IMG/VR virus record: IMGVR_UViG_3300045988_144682
Origin: a virus
Direction: 5' to 3' (one strand)
DNA length: 64,000 nucleotides
Shown here: piece by piece, positions 45,606-55,010 of the stretch
Layout: every line of letters starts with the position of its first letter
Numbering within the stretch: the first letter of the stretch is position 1
Program-made: the position numbers and the translations under genes
The notes under the pieces: generated by a model
Database searches by the model: none
What the model saw: only the letters and a program-made list of their open reading frames with translations
What the model was told of the DNA's origin: nothing

Positions 45606-48600
45606 TTACCACTTATATTTATTTTTGGCTAATGTGCTTTTACCAGCAACAACACCAATCGTCATAGCTTGAATCATATCTTCAAACTTTTCATCCTTTT
45701 TTGCACGATTCATAAATTCCTCATAGTTTGTTACATTTGGCAGATTAAATGTAACTTCACCTATGCTGTTATTATTTACACGCATATAAGGTTCAAGACC
45801 AGAAAGAATACCATTATTAAACAAGTTCCCACTAATAAATCCAGACGGATCGCTTGCCATATCCCATATGTTTCGTGTGGCATCGGCGGTAAGCACACTG
45901 TCACCTTTTGCGATATGAGTTACAATAGCGTTCTCAGATGGCTTGACAATAGATTCACTACCAAGCTCATTTACCCACGCATTTTCAGCTTTCGGAGCAT
46001 TTTTCAGACCGACAGCATATTTATTGTAATGATATGGTGAAAGATCACGGATTCCCTGGTATCTACCAACCCACGCACCAGAACGTACATAACCTTCTCT
46101 GCCCATCTGATTTACGATACTTTGAACTCTATTGGCATCAAAACCTTTAGCTTGCAAACGGCTAACTCTGGTATTTCCAGTTCCCCAACCATAGTTACCG
46201 TTCCAAATAGCAAGAGCAACACCATAGTAATCCTTATCGGTTCGTGCCGGTTTTAATGGTGTAGAAGGAGTATTGTTTGACGGTTTTGAAGGTTGACTTG
46301 CTGGTTTACTTGCTTCCGTCTGTTTCTTTGTGGCTTCCGCTTTAGCTTTCGCCTCTGCATCTGCCTTTGCAATCAAAGCATCAGTATAAGCCTTAATACC
46401 AAGAATCGCATTCAATGTAGAAGTATTCTGTGTTAAGAACTGATCGCCATATTTAGAAATAACAGTGAAAGCACCACCATCATTCGTCCAGATAGAATTC
46501 ATGGTTTCTGACAATGTATAGCCAACATTTGCACATTCTTGTTGAATTGTATCGCTAATAGAAGATGAATTTGCATTGATTGAATCAATCATGTCAGATA
46601 AAAAAGCATCAACGTTATCCAATCTTGCATTAAGAGATAACTCATATTCATTATACAAATCATCTAATAATTTTTTCTGGTCTGTGATGTATCTGTCATA
46701 CTCTGTTTCTTGCAATTCTTCCATAGCTTTTGATAAATCAACCTGAATTTTCTGAATTGTAGCTTTAGTTTCCTCTGAATTATCTCCGGCATAAGCTGAT
46801 AACTGTTTCTGCAAAGAAGCAATTTCATCAGATTGTTCTTTTACCTTTTTCTGATAATCATAGAGGTCTTTTGCACTATCCAATGAATCTGTATAAGCAT
46901 CTATCAAATCTTTGAGAGAATCAAGCTGCGCTTCAATTCCGTCTTTTACCAAATCAATCATAGCCTGTTTTTCATCTTCGGCAGCAAGAATAGATTTTCT
47001 CTGTAATTCGAGAAGTTCCTGTCTACGTTCAATGAGGTCAGTGTTATATGGATCTTTAGCAATTTCCGCATTTAACTCTTTGATAGCTTTGGCATATTGG
47101 TCAGCTTGTGCCATATCGACATTGTAATTCTGTCCATGTAATCCCATAGTTGCCATGCCGGTATCTGTCATTTGACCTTTATCATCAAATAACTTTCCAT
47201 TTGCCATTAAGTCAATGAGAAAATCTGCTTCATCGGTAATATTTGATATACGGTCTTCCATATAATCAAAATATTCCCAATCAAGCTCACGCATTGTTTT
47301 CTGATATTCAAGCAGCGAGAGATTAGATTCATCAATTGCCTCTTTGACATCATTGATGCTTTTCTGCATCTCATACCATTGCTCAGAACCCTTTTCGATT
47401 TCACCAGAAGCCATTGCCTGATTGAAAGATTCCGTTAAATCAACTAATTCTTTTTGGAGAATTGCCTGATTTTCTTTTTCAGCTTTTTGGAGAGCTTGAT
47501 AATAAACCTTGCTTCCTTTTAAGCCTTTTGCTTCCAGTGTATCAAGCCCAGTGTTATATGTATCAGTCAAATGTTGTACAAGAGCTAACTGGTTATCAAA
47601 ATCAGTGGAAATGTTACTGAATCTGTCAGCATATAACTGGGCGATTTCTTCATGCAAATCGGCTACAGCGTCTTTTGCTTCAATCGCTTTTTCATAAAAG
47701 TCTTGAAAATCCTTAATCTTATCAGACAAGTCTTCATCAGTAATCGTGGATATATCAATCGTGCCATTCTTTACCTTGTCCATCCAGTCAGATGATAAAC
47801 CGACAGAATTAGCCTGTTGCATATATCTGGTGTATGCTTGATTCTGAGTATTGATTTGCTGAGTGATTAAAGAGATTTCATCGGCAGCAGTACTATTACG
47901 TTTTACCAACGTTTTGAATGCACTTTCTGCTTTTACTTTTACTCTGTCAATCGCTTCACTGATTCGATTTATGGCAATTTCAATCCAGTCAAATGTTTCT
48001 TCAAAATCTTTTTCTGTTGAAGAACTGCTTGAACTAGAACTTGATTTACTAGAAGAAGATGATCTTCCACTAGAACCGCTTGATTTTCCAGAAGACTTAC
48101 TACTTGATTTTCCAGAAGACTTACTACTTGATTTTGATGAAGAACCGCCACTTGTAGAAGGAAACCTCCAACCACTAGCATAAGCAGTACCACCAAGATA
48201 AGAACGTCCCCTAGAGTTAATCTTGCCACTTGATAAAAGTTGGCGTGATTGCTCTGCATCGAATACAATAGAACCTTCTGGAATATGGGCAAATTCAGCA
48301 CCACGATCTCCGACAGTCCACCATTGATTACCATTGACAACAATTTCTTGTCCTTTTTCACCGGTTAAAGCATCTTCAGATACTTTTGTCTTCCAACTGT
48401 CTTTAAGCCAACTTGTATCAAACAATGTTCCAGAAGCTCTTGCCGTACCACCATAACGAGCAGTACCAAGTAATTTACCCTTTCCAGTAGAAGAATATGT
48501 ATCTATATGATGCGTATAGATATACATATTTGAGGTTTTGCCATTTACACCATTCAAAGCAGAAGCAGCACTACTAGCAACAGAAGTTGCATTTTCTGTA

Positions 48601-51341
48601 GCTGTAATATTTGCCTTTGGTGATAATTTCGGTTGCAAAGAATTTAAAGCATTGTCTACAGTCTGGATTTCGCCAGTTGCAGTATCAGTAATGGAAATTT
48701 CACCATTCAAATATGCTTCTTTTTGTTCTGGTGTAAGAGAATTCCAAGTATTGATAACCCATGTTGCTTGATCTTCGGCAGACAATGATGCAAATTTTGG
48801 ATTTGCACTTGCATCATTCCATAACTGAATCAACTGAGTTGCATAATCTTCTGAGTATAAAGCACAAGTTTTAGAAATTAACTCACGTTTATTAACATCC
48901 TCGATTACAGGTGTTGCTTGATCTTCCGCAAGAATATTAAATGTGAGTGTATTATCTTCACCTTGTAAAACCTCTATTTTTTTCTGAACACCATCAATTT
49001 CGGCGGTATAAGTAATCGTACCGTCTTGATTTTTAAGAGCCTTTACTTCATCCTCAATGCCATCGCCATCAACGTCAGCATTAAATGTAATAGAACTTCC
49101 AGAAGCAAGTTGCTCAAGTTGTGATTGAATTTCATCAGTTGAAAGTTCCGCATTAACATGAAGCTCTTGAGGTTTGCTAAAGAAATCTTCCCATGCACTT
49201 TGTACTTCTTCTATAGAACTGTCAGTATTGATTTCTGGGTGAGTTTCAGAAAAAGCATTGAGTATGGATTTTTGTAATTCTTGAGTATTCTGGATTTTCG
49301 CTTGAATCTCAATAAATTTATTACTACCATATTCCTCTTTTGAAAGCTGGTCGTATAAGTCATTGATTGTATTTTCATTGACTTTTATCTTAGCTTGTAC
49401 TTCTGCAGAAACATTATCAACTTGTAAACCTTGTTTGGCAGTAGTGAGATATTTTTGATTGGCAGCCAATACCTCTGCATTCGTATCTGCATTTTTACCA
49501 CCTTGTCCAGATTGTTTTGCTGTCAGTTCATCAATCTGAGCCTGAATAGTAGAAAGGTCATATACAAATTCGATATGTACAATCTGGTCTTCCGTGAGTT
49601 CTGTCATATCATCTTGATATTTTTGATACTCGTCATCCCAGTTTTCAATAAGACTTCCAAGATGTTTTTTAAGCTGTCCGTCTTCCATATCTTTGTAAAC
49701 AGAATGAATTCCATCAAGTGCAGTCTTATATCTGTTTAATCCTTCAGCACTGAATACAACATCGTCAAATTCAGCACCATAAGATTCAAGACTATGCATA
49801 AGAGACTCAGTAGCCTCAACACTAATTCCAAGTTCTTTAGCAGCAGCAGCACTATTCTTGAATTTCTTTGTCCAAGAAAATTCGCCATTATCTTTTGTGG
49901 CAAATCCGCTCTTAACCAAATCATCGGCAAAATTAGTTACACTCTGAAGTGGGTTATCACTATCAAAGTATCGTTTTATTTTCTGCTGTGCTTTCTCCCA
50001 ATATTCAACATAAGCATCAGCATCATATTTATAATCATCTGGATTTATTTTTCCATATGTCATAAATTGGGCAGCAGTTTGGAAATCATCTGTGCCAACT
50101 TTGCCTTTCTTGTAAAGCTCTTGTGCTTTACTCAAAGCATCTGCCATATCAGTCCAATCTTGATCCTTATTTTTAGAATCCATTGCAGCTTTTACGCCAG
50201 CGATAGAACCATCTACACCAATAATTGCTTCTGAAGCTTCATCGGCACTTGCAGCTAAATCATTGAAATACTTCGCAATATCGGAAGCGTCCACACCATC
50301 AATGGCAATTCCCATACGCTTAATATCATCCGCTGTAAGTTCTGCCTGTTTTGCAGCTTCAAGGAGATTATCTTTAATGAAGTTTTTGCCGGTACTTCCA
50401 TCAAAGAAAGAATTGATTTTATTTAATTTCTTCTCTGCTTCTGATAAATCAACATTATTGTAAGCATCAAATAAATCATTTATACGATTTACAGTGTCTT
50501 CATATCCTGGAAGTACACTACCGTCTGTAGAGAAAAGAGAAGAGTAGTTTGAGTTAATTGTCTCAACATCTTCACTAACTTCTTTTTCCAAGTCACTAAC
50601 ATCTGATTTGAGATTTTTAAGCTGCTTTGTCTTCTGCTCATACTCAGTATCAGCTTGCCAGAAATGCTTATGATATTCCGGCTCCATGTTAGCAATTTCT
50701 TCTTCAAGTTTTACTTGCTCTGCTTTCTTCTCATTAAGTTTTTCTTGTTTAGATGTAGCACGATCAATGATATCACCAGACATATATTCCATGATTGGCA
50801 TACCATTGGTATCAGTCATCATATATCCATTTTTATCTTTAAGGAAATCGCCAGTTTGCCATGTTAAATCTTTCGTCAAAACATGGTTCGCATCTTCGGC
50901 AGCTACACCTTGTTGATAATTAGCAAGTTTCTGTTTGATTGCTAACTGTCTTTCAAGCTGGTCGTTTTCAGCCTGTAACTTTTGTAATTCAGCCTCTTCG
51001 GTTATGGTAAGAGAATCCATAGAGTTTAACTCATTGATTCTGTCCTTTACCTCTGAAAGCCGAGACTCTAAAGATTCTACTTCACTTGCTGTCTGTTCAT
51101 AAGCACTACGAGACTTATCGGCTTTTTCTACGGCTTCATCAAATGATTCTGTGACAAGATCGACTATGGCAACAACAGCAACGATGCCAGCAGCAATAGC
51201 AAGAAAGCCACCTAAAGCAGCAGTAGATATACCTATCGCACTAGCAAGACCTTCAAAACCTAATGATGCTGCAGCAGCAACATCACCTAAAGAAGTTAAG
51301 CCACCAGCAGCGGACATAGCACCAATAAGATCTTTTATCGC
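45606..51341 (-). CDS. Tape measure protein, downstream part (proposed exon 2)
   Basis: Gly/Ala hydrophobic segment, long coiled coils, Ser/Lys tract, Cpl-7-like repeat. No RBS or start. The ORF-track extension 51342-51488 is antisense to another gene. Confidence 0.7.
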   Translation of the reverse strand, partial: AIKDLIGAMSAAGGLTSLGDVAAAASLGFEGLASAIGISTAALGGFLAIAAGIVAVVAIVDLVTESFDEAVEKADKSRSAYEQTASEVESLESRLSEVKDRINELNSMDSLTITEEAELQKLQAENDQLERQLAIKQKLANYQQGVAAEDANHVLTKDLTWQTGDFLKDKNGYMMTDTNGMPIMEYMSGDIIDRATSKQEKLNEKKAEQVKLEEEIANMEPEYHKHFWQADTEYEQKTKQLKNLKSDVSDLEKEVSEDVETINSNYSSLFSTDGSVLPGYEDTVNRINDLFDAYNNVDLSEAEKKLNKINSFFDGSTGKNFIKDNLLEAAKQAELTADDIKRMGIAIDGVDASDIAKYFNDLAASADEASEAIIGVDGSIAGVKAAMDSKNKDQDWTDMADALSKAQELYKKGKVGTDDFQTAAQFMTYGKINPDDYKYDADAYVEYWEKAQQKIKRYFDSDNPLQSVTNFADDLVKSGFATKDNGEFSWTKKFKNSAAAAKELGISVEATESLMHSLESYGAEFDDVVFSAEGLNRYKTALDGIHSVYKDMEDGQLKKHLGSLIENWDDEYQKYQDDMTELTEDQIVHIEFVYDLSTIQAQIDELTAKQSGQGGKNADTNAEVLAANQKYLTTAKQGLQVDNVSAEVQAKIKVNENTINDLYDQLSKEEYGSNKFIEIQAKIQNTQELQKSILNAFSETHPEINTDSSIEEVQSAWEDFFSKPQELHVNAELSTDEIQSQLEQLASGSSITFNADVDGDGIEDEVKALKNQDGTITYTAEIDGVQKKIEVLQGEDNTLTFNILAEDQATPVIEDVNKRELISKTCALYSEDYATQLIQLWNDASANPKFASLSAEDQATWVINTWNSLTPEQKEAYLNGEISITDTATGEIQTVDNALNSLQPKLSPKANITATENATSVASSAASALNGVNGKTSNMYIYTHHIDTYSSTGKGKLLGTARYGGTARASGTLFDTSWLKDSWKTKVSEDALTGEKGQEIVVNGNQWWTVGDRGAEFAHIPEGSIVFDAEQSRQLLSSGKINSRGRSYLGGTAYASGWRFPSTSGGSSSKSSSKSSGKSSSKSSGKSSGSSGRSSSSSKSSSSSSSSSTEKDFEETFDWIEIAINRISEAIDRVKVKAESAFKTLVKRNSTAADEISLITQQINTQNQAYTRYMQQANSVGLSSDWMDKVKNGTIDISTITDEDLSDKIKDFQDFYEKAIEAKDAVADLHEEIAQLYADRFSNISTDFDNQLALVQHLTDTYNTGLDTLEAKGLKGSKVYYQALQKAEKENQAILQKELVDLTESFNQAMASGEIEKGSEQWYEMQKSINDVKEAIDESNLSLLEYQKTMRELDWEYFDYMEDRISNITDEADFLIDLMANGKLFDDKGQMTDTGMATMGLHGQNYNVDMAQADQYAKAIKELNAEIAKDPYNTDLIERRQELLELQRKSILAAEDEKQAMIDLVKDGIEAQLDSLKDLIDAYTDSLDSAKDLYDYQKKVKEQSDEIASLQKQLSAYAGDNSEETKATIQKIQVDLSKAMEELQETEYDRYITDQKKLLDDLYNEYELSLNARLDNVDAFLSDMIDSINANSSSISDTIQQECANVGYTLSETMNSIWTNDGGAFTVISKYGDQFLTQNTSTLNAILGIKAYTDALIAKADAEAKAKAEATKKQTEASKPASQPSKPSNNTPSTPLKPARTDKDYYGVALAIWNGNYGWGTGNTRVSRLQAKGFDANRVQSIVNQMGREGYVRSGAWVGRYQGIRDLSPYHYNKYAVGLKNAPKAENAWVNELGSESIVKPSENAIVTHIAKGDSVLTADATRNIWDMASDPSGFISGNLFNNGILSGLEPYMRVNNNSIGEVTFNLPNVTNYEEFMNRAKKDEKFEDMIQAMTIGVVAGKSTLAKNKYKW

Positions 51342-51347
51342 CAATAA

Positions 51348-51375
51348 TAATCTTGCAAATAATAATAGTAATAAA
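51348..51375. repeat. 28-bp inverted repeat, left arm
   Basis: TAATCTTGCAAATAATAATAGTAATAAA; 26/28 complementary to 51961-51988. Confidence 0.85.
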
Positions 51376-51385
51376 CAGATTTTTG

Positions 51386-51394
51386 TGATATAAT
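51386..51394 (+). promoter_or_regulatory. Extended -10 promoter element (TGaTATAAT) for the antisense ORF
   Basis: Same TGa-TAnAAT form as the promoters at 8361 and 14302; about 30 nt before the RBS AAGGAG (51415-51420). Confidence 0.4.
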
Positions 51395-51426
51395 TATAAA
51401 TAATATCAAACAATAAGGAGAAAAAT

Positions 51427-51960
51427 ATGGCACTTATTAAATGTCCTGAGTGCGGAAAAGAAATTTCCGACAAATCAAAACATTGCATTCATTGTGGATA
51501 TCCACTTGATGAATTAAAAATAAATAATACCAACCAACTCTACAAAATTGTATTAACAGATCATGGCAAAAACAAAGTTCAAACAATTGCCAAAATCCGT
51601 GAATTTACCGGCATGGGATTAGCCGAAGCAAAGAAATTTTCTGAATCTTTACCACAAGTAATTCAATCTGGTATCAACATGGATGAATGTAATTTGATAC
51701 AGTCACACTTTTTATCAGTCGGTGCAACCGTAGAAATTCAGCCAGATAATGAATCTGTTTCAAAAAACACAGTTTTAGAGAATAAACCAATAGCAAAAGC
51801 TATAGTTAAAGACAAAAATGTAATTACTTGTCCGAAATGTGGATCTACTGCTATCGTAACCACAAATAGAGGATTCTCTATAATGACTGGATTTATTGGC
51901 TCTGGCAGTCCACGTAATGTATGTCAAAATTGTGGATTCAAATGGAAACCAAGAGCATAA
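51427..51960 (+). CDS. Zinc-ribbon / ribosomal L7/L12 C-terminal-domain-like / zinc-ribbon protein
   Basis: CPECG...CIHCG; AKIREFTGMGLAEAKKFSESLP resembles the L7/L12 CTD; CPKCG...CQNCG. It is the only convincing plus-strand gene in the late arm. Confidence 0.75.
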   Translation: MALIKCPECGKEISDKSKHCIHCGYPLDELKINNTNQLYKIVLTDHGKNKVQTIAKIREFTGMGLAEAKKFSESLPQVIQSGINMDECNLIQSHFLSVGATVEIQPDNESVSKNTVLENKPIAKAIVKDKNVITCPKCGSTAIVTTNRGFSIMTGFIGSGSPRNVCQNCGFKWKPRA

Positions 51961-51988
51961 ATTATTACCATTATTATTTGCAAGATTA
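51961..51988. repeat. 28-bp inverted repeat, right arm
   Basis: ATTATTACCATTATTATTTGCAAGATTA, starting right after the stop of the 51427 ORF. Confidence 0.85.
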
Positions 51989-52363
51989 GATATGCTACTT
52001 CGTGTATTGGACTACAATGACAGTTTGGTTACTGACGAGCATATCAACATGACTATGATATAATCATGTTTTATCCGACTGTCTATCACACTTGCCTATG
52101 GCAAGCGAACTCCCTTACAGTCTGTGAACCTTCCCGTTTATCACAAATTCCAACGTGATACAAACCTATAAAATAGGAGAGGGGATTGGATGCTGACTAT
52201 CCATTGTCCTATACAGTATACTTAGCATTATTTTTTAGCATATATACATTTTGACGTATAGTGTAAATTCAAACTTTTTTCTGCATTTCTGCGACTATCA
52301 CGCCTATCCGTTAGGATTACGTTGTAGCGTTGAATTGTTAGGATTTCCCAGCAGTTTGAAAGT

Positions 52364-54541
52364 TTATGCATCTATGGACTCGCACCCATAGAGGGCAAAT
52401 TCTTTACCAAAATTTTTAATTAGTGCTACGATTCCAACACCAGCACCTATTGTTCCCAAAGTACCAATGTGGTCGATTACTGTAGTAATTGCTTCCGCAA
52501 TTTCTGTCAGACCAGAAACTACGCCTTTTACGAAACCAGAATCTAAGAAAGAATTTGAAAGTCCTTCCCATGCAGCTTTGAGCTGATTTACTCTTGCTTC
52601 GATAGAATCCATGTATTTTTCGTGTTCTTGCATTGCAGAACCTTCAGAATTCATGGATACATCAAGGGCTTGTCTTGCAATATCAAAGTTCTCCATAAGA
52701 GATGCCATTACATTACCTTGATGTTTTCCGGCAAGCAATTCAGTAATACTTGCCTGTTGAATATCCGTTAAGTCTTTCCATTTCTGAGATAACTCGTCCA
52801 TGATTTGATATGTAGACTTAAAGGTATTTTTATCAAGCATAATATCTACACCTGATAATGCTTTTATTTCTGCTTGAAGTTTAGCGGTAGATTCTGCCAT
52901 ACCATCTGTTTCTAAACCAGCTTCTTCAAGCTCAGTTGTTGCGCCACGTATACGCATTGAGATCGTCTTAAACGCATTACCGACTCTTGGAGCATCCTGA
53001 ACTACTGTATTAGCAGCAGTAATTAACGCTATGGTTTCATCAAGAGTATTATTTGCAGCAGCCATTGAAGATGCGGATCTTGTTAAGGCATCACCAATAC
53101 CGCCGGAACTGATAGCAAATCTGTTACCTACTTCATTGAATTTATCAACAATAGAAATAGCATCATTGGCTTGTATACCGAATGCTTGCATTGTTGAAAT
53201 TACACTGGAACTTGCTTCATCAATGCCAGAAATTTCGTCACCAACAACACTATAGATATTGGCAACTTCTGAAAGCTGTGTAGCGTCAGCCATTGAGTAA
53301 CCAAGTCGTGCAAAGTTAGCTGTTGAATTTACATAGTCGGTAATAGTCGTGCCAAGTTCTACAGAACGCTTTGAAGCATTTGTAAGAAAGCTAGAATAAG
53401 CGGAGTCCGTTTCATCTGTAACTTTCTTCAATTCTGTCATGGCACTATCAATATTTACTACATTTGAATACATATCTTTCAATCCACGAATGGCGGTGTT
53501 AATCATAGCCCCCATACCAAACAAAGGACTAAGACTTGTCATATTGTCTTTTAATGTAGCAAATACGCCCTTGCCGAGACTTCCAGACGCAGCAGCAGTA
53601 GTTTTTAATTCTGTAAATTGTCTATTTACATCTTTAAGTGCGCTACCAGTAGTGGCATTAGCCAAAGCTGTTTGTATATCTTTCAGTTCATTCTTGTACT
53701 TTCTAGCAGCTATCGTATTTTTGTTCATCCAGGTTTCAATTTGATTACCCAAAACTGTTCTCTGAGATAACAATTGCTGTGATGCTGCAAGAGAATCATT
53801 TTCTGCCTTTGCTTCTTTATAAGCAAGTTTAAGTTTTCCAACTTCTTGTGTTATTCTGTCAAATTCAGCTTGTTGTTTATCTAGTCCAGATATATTACCA
53901 ATACCAGCTAATTCAGATTTTAATTTTGACAGTTCTGCAGAATAACTATTTGTATCACCTTTCAGCTTTACAAACCCAGCATTAAGTGATGCAATATCGG
54001 AGTTTAATTTTGACACATCCGCACCAGTAAACATCTGCCTAAAAGATTCACGTACTCTGGAAGACGTATTTATCAAATCACCAGTTTGTGCGCTGAATGA
54101 TTGCATAGCTGTTACTGCACGACCTAAATCATCCACACCAGTTACAGTAACATTTAAGCGATCACCGTTTAATTCGTGACTTATGCCAGTTACAGTAACT
54201 TTTAAATTATCCAATTCCTTTGTAATATTGGATATGGAACTTTTATTAAAACCAAAATTCTGCAATGAATTTTGTAGATTTTTTATTTCTGTTTTCGTTC
54301 TACTTAAATCAATACTGTTTAAAGACGCATTAGCATTTCTGGCGAAATTATTGCCAGCAACATTACCAGCCTGACCAAATTGTGATTTTATCTGATTCAA
54401 ATAGCCGTTTATATTTCCATTTTTGGACACCAAATTTACATCAACATCAATTTTGTGCTTTGCATTTGTGAAAGCATTCATTTGTTGCTGTGCCTTGGCG
54501 GTATCAAGCTCCGCTATAACGTGAGCAATAAAATCTGACAT
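52364..54541 (-). CDS. Tape measure protein, upstream part (proposed exon 1; stop lies in the intron)
   Basis: TP901-type TMP core (ELKKVTDETDSAYSSFL...ANFARLGYS...); strong RBS GGGGAGG. Confidence 0.85.
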   Translation of the reverse strand: MSDFIAHVIAELDTAKAQQQMNAFTNAKHKIDVDVNLVSKNGNINGYLNQIKSQFGQAGNVAGNNFARNANASLNSIDLSRTKTEIKNLQNSLQNFGFNKSSISNITKELDNLKVTVTGISHELNGDRLNVTVTGVDDLGRAVTAMQSFSAQTGDLINTSSRVRESFRQMFTGADVSKLNSDIASLNAGFVKLKGDTNSYSAELSKLKSELAGIGNISGLDKQQAEFDRITQEVGKLKLAYKEAKAENDSLAASQQLLSQRTVLGNQIETWMNKNTIAARKYKNELKDIQTALANATTGSALKDVNRQFTELKTTAAASGSLGKGVFATLKDNMTSLSPLFGMGAMINTAIRGLKDMYSNVVNIDSAMTELKKVTDETDSAYSSFLTNASKRSVELGTTITDYVNSTANFARLGYSMADATQLSEVANIYSVVGDEISGIDEASSSVISTMQAFGIQANDAISIVDKFNEVGNRFAISSGGIGDALTRSASSMAAANNTLDETIALITAANTVVQDAPRVGNAFKTISMRIRGATTELEEAGLETDGMAESTAKLQAEIKALSGVDIMLDKNTFKSTYQIMDELSQKWKDLTDIQQASITELLAGKHQGNVMASLMENFDIARQALDVSMNSEGSAMQEHEKYMDSIEARVNQLKAAWEGLSNSFLDSGFVKGVVSGLTEIAEAITTVIDHIGTLGTIGAGVGIVALIKNFGKEFALYGCESIDA

Positions 54542-54555
54542 AACTTCACCTCCCC

Positions 54556-54984
54556 TTATCTAAAGAAACTACTAAATGTACTGTCTAAGTCAGATTGAAT
54601 TTTCTGTTCTGATCTTGCCCAGAAACCAGAACGACCTTTGATATTTGCTGTACCAGCTTCGGCAGCATCAAATACCATAGGGGTTGAAAAATAACTTGAA
54701 AATCCTTTTTCTATAAAGTCTGGATTTGGAACTACATAACTGTAAGTTCTATCCAACCAAATATAGAAATGAACATTTTTTCCGTATTTAGAAACACCAT
54801 AGTTCCTAACACTTTTTCCAAGTTTTCCAGTTCTTTTATAAATACTAGGAGAACCCTGCGAATAGAAAGACTGGACTTCGTTCTCTGTATCTTTGAGAGA
54901 TTTTGAATGTACAACCGTCATGGCTTTTTGCATCTCATTCAAGATCAACTGTTCAAGTTCTGCCATGCTATTTGCTTTTTTCAT
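54556..54984 (-). CDS. Tail-associated hypothetical protein
   Basis: AAAGGAGG RBS; immediately upstream of the TMP. Confidence 0.55.
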   Translation of the reverse strand: MKKANSMAELEQLILNEMQKAMTVVHSKSLKDTENEVQSFYSQGSPSIYKRTGKLGKSVRNYGVSKYGKNVHFYIWLDRTYSYVVPNPDFIEKGFSSYFSTPMVFDAAEAGTANIKGRSGFWARSEQKIQSDLDSTFSSFFR

Positions 54985-55010
54985 GGTAGTCCTCCTTTAT
55001 TATTGCTTAT

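Larger units (their letters stand above)
51342..52387 (-). ncRNA. Candidate group I intron in the tape measure gene (ribozyme core about 51989-52387; splice sites approximate)
   Basis: Minus strand has R-like GGUUCACAGACUGUAAGG (52113-52130), S-like GAUAGACAGUCGG, P8 hairpin CUUGCC-AUA-GGCAAG, and AACUUUC/GGGAGUU P3 with an AAA J3/4. Confidence 0.65.

Noticed and set aside
48081-48140. Short tandem repeat that could be mistaken for a CRISPR-like or satellite array
   Set aside because: Only about 2.3 units of 24 nt, contiguous with no spacers, in frame within the TMP, and encoding a Ser/Lys tract.
51342-51488. Upstream extension of the 1960-aa ORF (MQCFDLSEISFPHSGHLISAIFF...)
   Set aside because: It has no RBS, overlaps the start of the plus-strand 51427 gene in antisense, and runs through the inverted repeat. 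It is treated as intron sequence rather than TMP coding sequence.
52381-52387. GUGCG at the start of the TMP interruption (minus strand), the consensus 5' end of group II introns
   Set aside because: No domain V/VI-like sequence lies before the downstream exon. The region before 51341 is AT-rich, part of a 28-bp repeat and antisense to a gene. The core instead matches group I R/S/P3/P8 elements.
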